A stretch of DNA of 64,000 nt from a virus. The position numbers were made by a program, and so were the translations under genes. Shown in pieces: positions 46,828 to 55,047 of the stretch. The stretch lies in IMG/VR virus record IMGVR_UViG_3300044511_000202, positions 7,485 to 71,484 of that record. One strand, given 5' to 3'. The notes under the pieces were generated by a model that was given only the letters and a program-made list of their open reading frames with translations, was not told where the DNA came from and did no database searches. Within the stretch, counting starts at the first letter, position 1, and each line of letters starts with the position of its first letter.

Positions 46828-47087
46828 CGCCGATCCTTCCTCGGTCGCCCGCGGGGGCGCTTGATGTGTGACTCCAGCTTCGAGGAGTCGGCCTCGTACC
46901 ACGTACCCTCGCGCGCGTCGACGGCCACCACGCGCCGCACGCTGGAGTCCGGCCCGGTCACGACGCAGAGCGCGTTGCGACCGGCCCAGTGGACGTGCAG
47001 CTCCTCATCCGGTTTGAGCGGGACGGCGTGATCGCTCGCCGTGGCGATCGAGCGGCGGTCTCGGCGGTTGCGGCTCCACCCGCTCAC
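46824..47087 (-). CDS. Hypothetical protein with an AT-hook-like tail (RPRGRPRK)
   Basis: Coupled GTG start; C-terminal RGRP motif. Confidence 0.45.
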   Translation of the reverse strand: MSGWSRNRRDRRSIATASDHAVPLKPDEELHVHWAGRNALCVVTGPDSSVRRVVAVDAREGTWYEADSSKLESHIKRPRGRPRKDRR

Positions 47088-47314
47088 GGCGGGCACACTC
47101 GCACGAGGTGAGCGGGCCACGTCTCCAGCGCGCCCTCCGGCGTCTCCACCAGGAGGTAGAACGCGGCGGCCACGTACGCGTCGCGGTCCGGGTGCGGACG
47201 GCCCGGGTACAGCTCCACGTGGCGCACCCACCCGTGACGCTGCTTGTCGTCGGCGATCTTTACCCGCTCACCGTCTTTGACGCGGAACACCTGCTTGACC
47301 TTCTTACCGATCAT
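47084..47314 (-). CDS. Hypothetical protein
   Basis: AGGAG SD. Confidence 0.5.
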   Translation of the reverse strand: MIGKKVKQVFRVKDGERVKIADDKQRHGWVRHVELYPGRPHPDRDAYVAAAFYLLVETPEGALETWPAHLVRVCPP

Positions 47315-47422
47315 CGTCGGACTCCTGTGCTTGGGACTCGCGCTTGACCTGCGGACACGACTCGGAGCACTCCGAGCGGTCACACTCGGCGCAGGTGCCC
47401 TCGGTGTCAGGCGTGCAGAGGC

Positions 47423-48313
47423 TCACGGGATCCTCCCGGCGACGGCGACGGCGAACGACGACAGCTCGTCGTAACCGCCGTTCGTGGCGAGCCCGACGAG
47501 GCGCCCGCTCATGTCATACACCCCGGAGCCGCTGTTACCGCCCACCACGGCGTCCTCGGGCTTCGACCACTGGAGCCACACGTCCACGTCCGCGCCCTGC
47601 TCCACGCGCTGGTCGCGGATCTTGGACACCTTCCCGCAGTGCCTCACGCGCTGGGGCCACGCGGCCTCGTAGCACACGTCCTGTCCAGGGCTCGCCGGCC
47701 CCAGCGCGAGTGGCGCGGCGGGCACGTCCTCCCACAACCGAACCACGGCGATGTCTCGCGACGCGTCGGCGCGCTCGAGCTGGCCGGAGACCACGCGCCC
47801 GCTGGCGGTGGTGACGGTGAGCGCCGTGTGGCGGAACCCCTCCGGGCACGAGGCCACGTGCGCGGCCGTGAGCACCTCGCGCGGGCCCATCACCACGCCC
47901 GATCCGTAACCTGCCTTGAACAGGATCGCGCCAGTGCCGAACATCCCCCCGGCGGGGATCTTGGCGCACTCGCGATAGATGCTAACCGCGGCGGCGGCCT
48001 GGGCGGTCTTCTCGCGCGCCCCGGCTGGGCGCTGGATGTCGGCGGCGCACCCGTGGCACGCGTACCAGATGGCGAGGAACGCGGCGATCACCCACCACGG
48101 GGCGTGCACGTGCCAGCGGCGCTCCAGCGCCTGGGCACTGCGCCTCTCCGCGGCGGCGCGTGCACGCACCTCTTGTGCCATGCTCAGGTGAAACACGGCG
48201 GCCTTCTCTTGGTACCCGGTGATACCGGCGGGTACGCAGTCGAAGGCCGTCGCGGCGGCGCGCATGTGACCCTCCCAGCTCGACTCCAGGTCGTCCTTCT
48301 CATACGTGATCAT
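47423..48313 (-). CDS. Membrane-anchored trypsin-like serine protease
   Basis: GSGV, LTAAHV, DIAVV and GNSGSGVY catalytic triad motifs after a TM segment. Confidence 0.85.
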   Translation of the reverse strand: MITYEKDDLESSWEGHMRAAATAFDCVPAGITGYQEKAAVFHLSMAQEVRARAAAERRSAQALERRWHVHAPWWVIAAFLAIWYACHGCAADIQRPAGAREKTAQAAAAVSIYRECAKIPAGGMFGTGAILFKAGYGSGVVMGPREVLTAAHVASCPEGFRHTALTVTTASGRVVSGQLERADASRDIAVVRLWEDVPAAPLALGPASPGQDVCYEAAWPQRVRHCGKVSKIRDQRVEQGADVDVWLQWSKPEDAVVGGNSGSGVYDMSGRLVGLATNGGYDELSSFAVAVAGRIP

Positions 48314-48351
48314 CCGGGGCTCCTCTCGGTTGAGTGTGGGTACGGATCCGT

Positions 48352-48377
48352 AGCGCGCAAGGGCTGCGGGCTATTTC
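48352..48377 (-). promoter_or_regulatory. ECF-type promoter variant GAAATA-N16-CGCT
   Basis: Fixed spacing; upstream of the protease gene. Confidence 0.4.
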
Positions 48378-48643
48378 ACGACTCGCGCGCGCGGGAGGTT
48401 CACGTCGGGGCGGCGCGCGCGCCCGCGCTCGAACAGGGGCGTCAGCGCGCGCCACATCAGGCAGATCCCCCGGATGATCGCCTCCAGCACCAGGCACCCG
48501 GGCCAGAAGAAGCCCATCGCGAAGGGGAGCGGGTCGTCAATCGCCGACGGGATGACCCTCGACCACCGACCGGCGAAGTAGGCGCCAGCGGCGAAGTAGA
48601 GGAAGATCGCGAGCACGACGGCGGGGATGTAGACGGCCTGCAT
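48371..48643 (-). CDS. Membrane protein
   Basis: Two TM segments; FFWP motif. Confidence 0.55.
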   Translation of the reverse strand: MQAVYIPAVVLAIFLYFAAGAYFAGRWSRVIPSAIDDPLPFAMGFFWPGCLVLEAIIRGICLMWRALTPLFERGRARRPDVNLPRARVVK

Positions 48644-48993
48644 CACCTTCCCTCCGATCCGCAGTCGCAATCGCTGATCTGCTCCAGGGCGTCCTTCCAC
48701 ACCTGGCGCTCCACCTCGTACCACCCGCCGACTACCCGGGTCGGCTCGGGCTCCATGCTGTCAGCCACCTGCACCAGGTACCTGGGTCGACCGTTGGTGC
48801 CCAGGGCCATGGCGACACCCACTACCAGGTTATAGGTAGCGATGCTCCTGCGGTTGACCTGGGGTCCGGCGCCACCCAAGCTCTTGCGGAGCTGGGCCGC
48901 GGCGGCGGCCTCCAGTTGCGTGAAGCGGGAGCCGCGGCTCGCGGAGGAGTTGTCGCGGTACATCGGGTCCGATGGGTCGGTGGGATCGGGCAT
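48643..48993 (-). CDS. Hypothetical protein
   Basis: Follows an ECF-type promoter. Confidence 0.5.
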   Translation of the reverse strand: MPDPTDPSDPMYRDNSSASRGSRFTQLEAAAAAQLRKSLGGAGPQVNRRSIATYNLVVGVAMALGTNGRPRYLVQVADSMEPEPTRVVGGWYEVERQVWKDALEQISDCDCGSEGR

Positions 48994-49002
48994 GGTGAGG
49001 GG

Positions 49003-49028
49003 AACGCGCGCCGCGGGAGATCTAATCC
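49003..49028 (-). promoter_or_regulatory. ECF-type promoter variant GGATTA-N16-CGTT
   Basis: Fixed spacing. Confidence 0.45.
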
Positions 49029-49255
49029 CGGATCCCGTCCAGCTTGCACCGCGCGTTCCACGCGGCGACGAACGTTAACCAGCACGCCTCGGCCAGCTCC
49101 CTGGGAGACGAGAGTACGCACAGAGGCGAGCGGGACACGTGCTCCCACGCCTCCAGCCACGCGGCCCAGGCCACCGGGGACGCGTTGCTCCGGCGCCTGG
49201 GCCACCCGCTCGCGGGATCGTCGAAGAGTCCGGGGATGAAGGGTACGAGGGGCAT
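49022..49255 (-). CDS. Hypothetical protein
   Basis: AGGAG SD. Confidence 0.5.
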   Translation of the reverse strand: MPLVPFIPGLFDDPASGWPRRRSNASPVAWAAWLEAWEHVSRSPLCVLSSPRELAEACWLTFVAAWNARCKLDGIRD

Positions 49256-49270
49256 GGCGCTCCTACGCTC

Positions 49271-51502
49271 TCACGCGCTCGGTTGTTCCACCCCGCCGTG
49301 GCGGCTCTTGGAGAGCGCCCGACCGGCGTCGGTGAGCGCGTACTTCCCGCGAGCGCGCTCCTGCACGAACCACCCGCGGCTGGTGGCGAGCTTCAGCGCC
49401 AGGTGCTTCGTCTCGGTGCGCCCCTTGACGGTTGACTTGATCTGCTCCGACGTCACGAGCGGCTTCCGCGCCACCTCGGCGCGGTAGCACGCGTCCACCA
49501 TCTGCATGGCCAGCTCCTCCCACGTCTCCACCTGATCGTCGGTGGCGGCGCCCGCGCCCTTCTCGGCGATCTCCCACCGGGCCTCGCGCGCCACGCCGCT
49601 CTCGGCGTCGTCCACGAGCTTGAGGGTCACGTCGAACACCCCGGCGGAGCGCGCGGCCTTCACCTCGCTCTCCAGGGTAGAGGTGATGCTGCACGCGTCC
49701 CCGCGGCGCTCGCGGAGGTAGATGCCCGAGTCCACGAACCCGTGGATCGCGCCGGAGCCGCGCATGGTCTGGCCGGGACGCTGGTTCCGGGTCGCCTCGC
49801 TGGCCTTCTTCGCGTGGTGTACGAGCAGCACCGTGCACCCGAGCAGCACCGAGATCAGCCGCACGTGCTTGAACACGACGGCCATGCTGTCGCTCGAGTC
49901 CTCCTCGCCCTCGTGCACGTTGCGGAGTGGATCGAGCACCATCAACTTGCACCCGCCGGCCACGCGCGCGCTCGCCACGAGCCGCGCGACGTCGTCGGGC
50001 TTGGACAGGTCGATCGAGCGCCCGCGCGGCTGGCAGTACAGCGTCGAGGCGACGGCCCGGGGGCTCATGCCGCGCCCCGCGCACAGCGCCAGCAGGTGGC
50101 TCCGCACGGCCTCGCGCATGTCCTCGGTGTAGAAGTACATCACGCGCCCCGGCTTCGCGGCGTACTTCCCGAACACGGGGGTACCGCTCGCCACGGCCAC
50201 GGCGATCTCGGTGGCGATCCACGTTTTGCCGATCTTCGGCTCGGCGCCGATCAGCCCGATGCCGCCGTCCAGGACCAGGTTCCGCACGAGCCACTCCGGC
50301 CGCTCGTCGGGCATGGCGAACAGCTCCCCGGCGGACATGAAGAACGGGCGTTCCGCGGCGTCCCCGCCCTCCGCGGACCGGCCGAGCGCGGCGGCCACGT
50401 CGTCGACGGCGCGCCGCAGCTCCTCCAGGTACCTCGCTACGGGGCTCCCCGGCGGGAGGCTCACGCCCGGGTCGGCGTCGAGGATGTCGAGGGCCTCCTG
50501 GACGGCGGGCACCGCGACAGGGTCACCCCCGCTGCGGGGCGGGAGGGCATCCGGGGGCGCCACGGCCGACGCAACGCCGATGCCGGCCCGGGCCAGGCGC
50601 GCGGCCACCGACGCGCTCGGGCGCGCCCACCCGCGGTGGCCGAAGGTCCCGTCCTCATCAGTACCGTCGGCGGCCACCGACAGCACGCGGCGCTCCAGCT
50701 CAGCCTGACCGTGTGGCTTGCCGCTCTGCTCCGACCACCAGGCGAGCTGGGCCCACCCGTCGTCGAGGGACAGCCCCCAGTCGTGGAACACGGTGCGGAT
50801 CGCCCGGAAGGTGGTGGCGTTCCCGCCGCAGCGCGGTCCGAGCGCGGCGAGCTTCTCCCGCAGCGCCAGCACCTCGGCGCTGGAGAGCGGCCCGTCGACG
50901 GTGCGCTCCCACGCCTCGATCCCGAGATCCCCGGACTTGTCGTCGAGCCGCGGGTGATAGAGGGCGTCGAGCCACGCCTCGGGTACCTCGGGCGCCATCG
51001 CGATCGACAGCGCCGTGGGGCGCTCGCAGAGCCAGCGATACTGGGCCCCCGTCTTGTGGTGCACGCTCGGCTCCACCACCAGGTAGCCGTTGCACTTGAC
51101 GTCCACGCCTCGCCCGAGCCCCAGGTGATCGAGGCGCCCCCGGGGGCGTCGCCCGGCGAGGATTTGATTCGGCGGCTCCCGCAAGATCAAATGCAGGCCA
51201 CCTCCGCCCGAGCGCGCGCACAGCTCGCGCGGGAGCGGCCCGAGCTTGCGCTCGCACGCCGCGAAGGTCACCTCCCCGCCGTTGCGCGGGTCCACGTCCA
51301 GCGCGATCAGGCCGTTCGGGCGCATCGGCATCCCGACGTTGAACGTCGGGTCCGCACCCCACCAGGCGCGGATCGCCTCGGGGTCCGAGGAGGCCCCGTG
51401 GTACCCACCCTCGACGGCGGGGCGGCTCGACGCGCGCGCCATGGGGAAGACCACGATCCCTTCGGAGGCGAGGCGGAGGGCCTCGTCGCGGAGGGCGCTC
51501 AC
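49271..51502 (-). CDS. Bifunctional primase-polymerase (Prim-Pol) fused to an AAA_25/RepA-type helicase
   Basis: Prim-Pol motifs VFP, NVGM, LDVDPRNGG, SGGGGLH and GYLVVEPSVH..G..Y.W. Helicase motifs AEPKIGKT, ED, VLDP, LVHH and RGSGAI. Confidence 0.9.
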   Translation of the reverse strand: MSALRDEALRLASEGIVVFPMARASSRPAVEGGYHGASSDPEAIRAWWGADPTFNVGMPMRPNGLIALDVDPRNGGEVTFAACERKLGPLPRELCARSGGGGLHLILREPPNQILAGRRPRGRLDHLGLGRGVDVKCNGYLVVEPSVHHKTGAQYRWLCERPTALSIAMAPEVPEAWLDALYHPRLDDKSGDLGIEAWERTVDGPLSSAEVLALREKLAALGPRCGGNATTFRAIRTVFHDWGLSLDDGWAQLAWWSEQSGKPHGQAELERRVLSVAADGTDEDGTFGHRGWARPSASVAARLARAGIGVASAVAPPDALPPRSGGDPVAVPAVQEALDILDADPGVSLPPGSPVARYLEELRRAVDDVAAALGRSAEGGDAAERPFFMSAGELFAMPDERPEWLVRNLVLDGGIGLIGAEPKIGKTWIATEIAVAVASGTPVFGKYAAKPGRVMYFYTEDMREAVRSHLLALCAGRGMSPRAVASTLYCQPRGRSIDLSKPDDVARLVASARVAGGCKLMVLDPLRNVHEGEEDSSDSMAVVFKHVRLISVLLGCTVLLVHHAKKASEATRNQRPGQTMRGSGAIHGFVDSGIYLRERRGDACSITSTLESEVKAARSAGVFDVTLKLVDDAESGVAREARWEIAEKGAGAATDDQVETWEELAMQMVDACYRAEVARKPLVTSEQIKSTVKGRTETKHLALKLATSRGWFVQERARGKYALTDAGRALSKSRHGGVEQPSA

Positions 51503-52218
51503 GCGCCCTCCAGCGCGTACCTGAGCCCGGGCGTGCGATACGGACCCAGGTAGTACAGGCGCTCCCTCGCGCGCCCCGACGTGCCCCCAGAGAGAGTCTT
51601 GACCGGCGTACCCTCCCATACCACCTCCCCCAGCGGGAAGTCGTACTCCGACACGAAGACGTCGGTGTGTCGAGCCCACTCGGCGACGCGTCTGCGAAAG
51701 AGTTCGTTATCGAACGCACCGGTTGCACCGTAAGCGGTGGTACCAGCGTAAGGGGGGTCGAGATAGAGTACCGTCGCTGTGGGATACGGTTCGACATCGA
51801 GGAAGTTGAGAAGTTGCACGGTGCGCTGTCGGGCGTCTCGCAGGAGGGCGCGACGGGCGGCGCCCGCGTAGTCCTGGTTAGACGCGCTACGCGCGTAACC
51901 TCCGAACCACTTGCCGCCGAACGAGCATCCAAAGCCCGCGAACGCTTTGAGAGGGTTATCGTCAGGAAGATGGCGCGCGGCGCGGTACTGCTCCTCGGAC
52001 AGCGAGGGGGGCGGATCCCACCCGTTACGCACTGCTTGATAGAGCGCTACGAGGGGTGCGCACGCGTCGCTCGCGAGCACGGGTCCGTCTGTAGACAGCG
52101 CCACGCTCATGCTCAACCCCCCGCAGAACGCGTCCCACACGGGGCGCTCACCTGCGTGCGAGCGAATACACGCGGCGAGTTGCTTCGCGATTCGACTCTT
52201 TCCACCTAAGTACTGCAT
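51499..52218 (-). CDS. Dam/D12-class DNA adenine methyltransferase
   Basis: MQYLGGKSRIAK, DAFCGG, CSFGGKWFGGYA, YLDPPY and VFVSEY motifs. Confidence 0.9.
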   Translation of the reverse strand: MQYLGGKSRIAKQLAACIRSHAGERPVWDAFCGGLSMSVALSTDGPVLASDACAPLVALYQAVRNGWDPPPSLSEEQYRAARHLPDDNPLKAFAGFGCSFGGKWFGGYARSASNQDYAGAARRALLRDARQRTVQLLNFLDVEPYPTATVLYLDPPYAGTTAYGATGAFDNELFRRRVAEWARHTDVFVSEYDFPLGEVVWEGTPVKTLSGGTSGRARERLYYLGPYRTPGLRYALEGA

Positions 52219-52904
52219 CAAGGTACCCCGCACGAGCACGGGGCGGACAGGCAGAACACGCACGAGGCATCGTTTGCCCGGCCCTCGGCGGGCGTCGCTC
52301 GGAACATTCTGTCTGTGAACCCGGCGGCGCGCCACTGTACCTCGGCGCCCGCGCGGCGCCAGAGGTACTCCACGCCCGGCGCGCCGTCGACCAGGTCGCG
52401 GACGTCCAGGGAGCGGCAGAACACGCATCGCGACGCGCCCTCCAGCATCGCCTCGTGGGCCCAGACGTCCAGGCACCCCCGCGCGTCGTCGCTCGCCACC
52501 TCGGACGCCAGCGACGTGCCGCCGCACGCGCCGCACGCCACCCACCAGACGGGGCGCGACTCATACGAGCCCGGACCCTCGCAGGAGAGCCACTCGCACC
52601 ACACGCCGGGGCTCGAGCGGCCGTCGGCGTACGGGCGGGCGTGCTCGGAGGAGAGTACGAGCCCGGAGCGGCACTGATCCGCGAGCTGGGAGCACGCGCG
52701 CTCGGCCCAGCCGTCGCTCTCTCGCGGGCGGCACTCGGCCAGCTCGCCTCGCACCCGGAAGTCGGGCAGGTAGCCGGGCAGGTCTACGGGTTCGTAGGCC
52801 CAGCCCCAACCCAGGGAGTCGAACATGGCGGCCCAGCGGGCCTCCAGGCGCGAGCGGAAGCGTGCGCCTCGGTACGTGGTGGGAATCGCGGTCGGCTTCT
52901 TCAC
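52218..52904 (-). CDS. PD-(D/E)XK-fold endonuclease-like protein
   Basis: T.YRG..FRSRLEARWA.MFD.LG..W.YEP.....YLPDF pattern; AGGAG SD before GTG 52904. Confidence 0.7.
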   Translation of the reverse strand: MKKPTAIPTTYRGARFRSRLEARWAAMFDSLGWGWAYEPVDLPGYLPDFRVRGELAECRPRESDGWAERACSQLADQCRSGLVLSSEHARPYADGRSSPGVWCEWLSCEGPGSYESRPVWWVACGACGGTSLASEVASDDARGCLDVWAHEAMLEGASRCVFCRSLDVRDLVDGAPGVEYLWRRAGAEVQWRAAGFTDRMFRATPAEGRANDASCVFCLSAPCSCGVP

Positions 52905-53020
52905 GGGGCTCCTATCTCGCCTCCGGCAAGAGGCGCGCGCCACTACCTCGGGTGCCGTCCGGTTGACCCAGGCGGAGAGCCTCGCCTGGCCGGCCCGAGG
53001 CAGTGAGCGCGGAGCACCAT

Positions 53021-53046
53021 GACGCGCGGGTGGTGGCGACCATTCC
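53021..53046 (-). promoter_or_regulatory. ECF-type promoter GGAATG-N16-CGTC heading the replication block
   Basis: Fixed spacing; at the start of the - strand gene block. Confidence 0.55.
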
Positions 53047-53079
53047 CGAGCGCGTTTGGCGTCGGTTGCCACCGACAAA

Positions 53080-53500
53080 CGACGATCCCCCATCCCCTTT
53101 CCGATCGTCCCTCGACCCGCCCCTTTAGGGGGCGGGGTCGACTGAATCATCCCCGTCCATCCCGTTTGAATTACTCATCCTTCCCTTAATTTCCCGCGGG
53201 AAATCGGGGACGATTTTGGCGATCTCCATCCCGTTTGAATCCGGTAGCGGATGCTTATCCGCTCGTCGGTTCTAGGTGGCACAAAATTAGGGTTCGCCAA
53301 CGGAGTTACACGCGCTATCGAAAAGTGTTCAATAGTCTAAGTACCCGAATTCGGCGTCCGCTAGAGCGGATACTCGCGGAATCTGCGAGGCAGCTCACCA
53401 AACGGCCCTACCCGTAAGATACCACGCTAATCCCCGTCCCTCCCATGAGGCTTCCCGCCCCCATGGGGTCGACTGAATCGACGCGGAGCCCGGTCAGTAG
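53080..53500. other. Lower-GC non-coding region with direct and inverted repeats (origin or pac candidate)
   Basis: TCCATCCCGTTTGAAT twice (53156, 53225); GGGGTCGACTGAATC twice (53134, 53465); palindrome ATTTCCCGCGGGAAAT at 53189-53204; hairpin at 53112-53141. Confidence 0.5.
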
Positions 53501-53622
53501 TGCAGTTACCTCCGTGTCCCCGGAGACACGCGACAGAGTGTCACATCCGCTATCGCGGAGGAGCCTCGGGCGTGAGAGCTATCGGCCAGCCGGTGCGCCA
53601 ACTTGGCTCAGCGGAGGTGGGG

Positions 53623-53631
53623 TGCTACACT
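53623..53631 (+). promoter_or_regulatory. Extended -10 TGC TACACT, 7 nt before the terS GTG
   Basis: Recurrent motif. Confidence 0.5.
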
Positions 53632-53638
53632 CAGGAGC

Positions 53639-54166
53639 GTGTATACCCCTGCCCCACCGCCCGCCAGCTCGCTCCCCCAGAGCACCGCGGCCGACCCGAC
53701 CGGCGCGCAGTCACACCCGAAGGGGGAGGGGATCGTGCTGGTGCCGCGCTCGTCGATCACCGGGCGCGGCGAGCCCGGCGCGGCGGTGCCCCGGGCACCG
53801 GGCGGGAAGTTCCAGAAGGGTCACAGCGCCAACCCCGGCGGGCGCCCCAAGGGGCTCCGCCGGATCTTCGACGAGGTGGTGGGGGAGCAGGGCGTGAAGA
53901 AGGCGCTGGAGGCACTCGCCTCGATCGCCTACGGTCCCCTATCGAGCGCGGCGGCGATGCACGTGCGCGTGCGGGCCATCGAGCTGCTCCTGGACCGGCG
54001 GTATGGCAAACCCCACCAGACCCTCGATGTCGGCACGGCGGAGGGTCAGTCGTCGGGCGCGCTCGCGACCCTCACGGCGGCGGAGCTGGAGGCGCGGCGG
54101 GCGGCGCTCCAGAGGATGCTCGCCCCGGCGGCGGAGGAACCCGTCGACGCGGAGGTGGTGGGGTGA
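53639..54166 (+). CDS. terS: Terminase small subunit (DUF5681-type)
   Basis: GKFQKGHSANPGGRPKG and AIELLLDRRYGKP motifs; upstream of terL. Confidence 0.75.
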   Translation: MYTPAPPPASSLPQSTAADPTGAQSHPKGEGIVLVPRSSITGRGEPGAAVPRAPGGKFQKGHSANPGGRPKGLRRIFDEVVGEQGVKKALEALASIAYGPLSSAAAMHVRVRAIELLLDRRYGKPHQTLDVGTAEGQSSGALATLTAAELEARRAALQRMLAPAAEEPVDAEVVG

Positions 54167-54408
54167 ACGCCAACCCGAGGTGTGACGTGTGCGCGCGGCC
54201 GATGGTGTGGATCGGCATCGGCCCCGGCGCCGAGGCCGTGTGCCCGAAGGAGTGCGAGCTGGGCCCAGCGTGCCCGAAGTGCGGCTCCCGCAACACCGAG
54301 GAGTTCACCATCCCCGGCACCACGAGCTGGAGCTACTTCACGCCCGTGCACGTCACCCCGGACCGGGACGGGTGGCATTGCTGGGGGTGCGGGGAGGTGT
54401 GGGAGTGA
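54163..54408 (+). CDS. Small Zn-finger protein
   Basis: CDVC, CPKCGS and HCWGCG motifs. Confidence 0.55.
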   Translation: MNANPRCDVCARPMVWIGIGPGAEAVCPKECELGPACPKCGSRNTEEFTIPGTTSWSYFTPVHVTPDRDGWHCWGCGEVWE

Positions 54409-54821
54409 TCGACGACGACGACGAGGACTCGCCGTTCGACTGCTCGGCGACTCACCAGGAGGCCCTCCGCGAGGTGCGCTCCGCGATGCCCATGGAGTGG
54501 ACGTTCGAGCCCCGCCCCGCCCCGAAGGCGCCGACGAAGCGCCAGCGCGTCGCCATCCGGCGGGGCCTCGTGCGCGAGCGCGTGGAAGCGCGGGCGGTGC
54601 CGCCCACGTCGCCCTACACCGACCCGAACGTGTTCGACGACACCATGACGGCGGAGCGGTCGCTCCACGTGGCGCGTTTCCTACACGAGGCGGCCGAGGC
54701 GCTCACGGGGGTGAACGACTGGGAGTGCTATCCCATCATCGTGCACCGCGAGCCGTGCGCGTCGGACTCGGGGCCTTGCACGTGCCAGGCCGTGCTGACC
54801 TGGATCGGCGCCCGGTGCTAG
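54405..54821 (+). CDS. Hypothetical protein
   Basis: GGAG SD; coupled GTG start. Confidence 0.5.
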   Translation: MIDDDDEDSPFDCSATHQEALREVRSAMPMEWTFEPRPAPKAPTKRQRVAIRRGLVRERVEARAVPPTSPYTDPNVFDDTMTAERSLHVARFLHEAAEALTGVNDWECYPIIVHREPCASDSGPCTCQAVLTWIGARC

Positions 54822-54950
54822 ATGCTGTCTTCTACCAGCCGGCCCAGAGTAGCAGTCACTGCCGACACGGCGTCGGCGGGCGTGAGCACGACGGCGGAGG
54901 CGATCACCGTCTCCTCACCGTCGTCGCCGAGTCGTCATGCCCAGACGAAG

Positions 54951-55047
54951 TGCACTCGACGGGCCACCACCGAACGACCCGAATCCTCGATCCCCCAATC
55001 CCGATCGTGAACGCCCGTTGACGGGGCGACCGTGAACTAGTGGACAC
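54951..55047 (-). promoter_or_regulatory. Sigma54 promoter + tandem dyad module, antisense to the terS cluster and overlapping the terL start
   Basis: - strand TGGCCCGTCGAGTGCA; boxes GTGAAC-GCCC-GTTGAC (55007) and GTGAAC-TAGT-GGACAC (55032). Confidence 0.65.
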
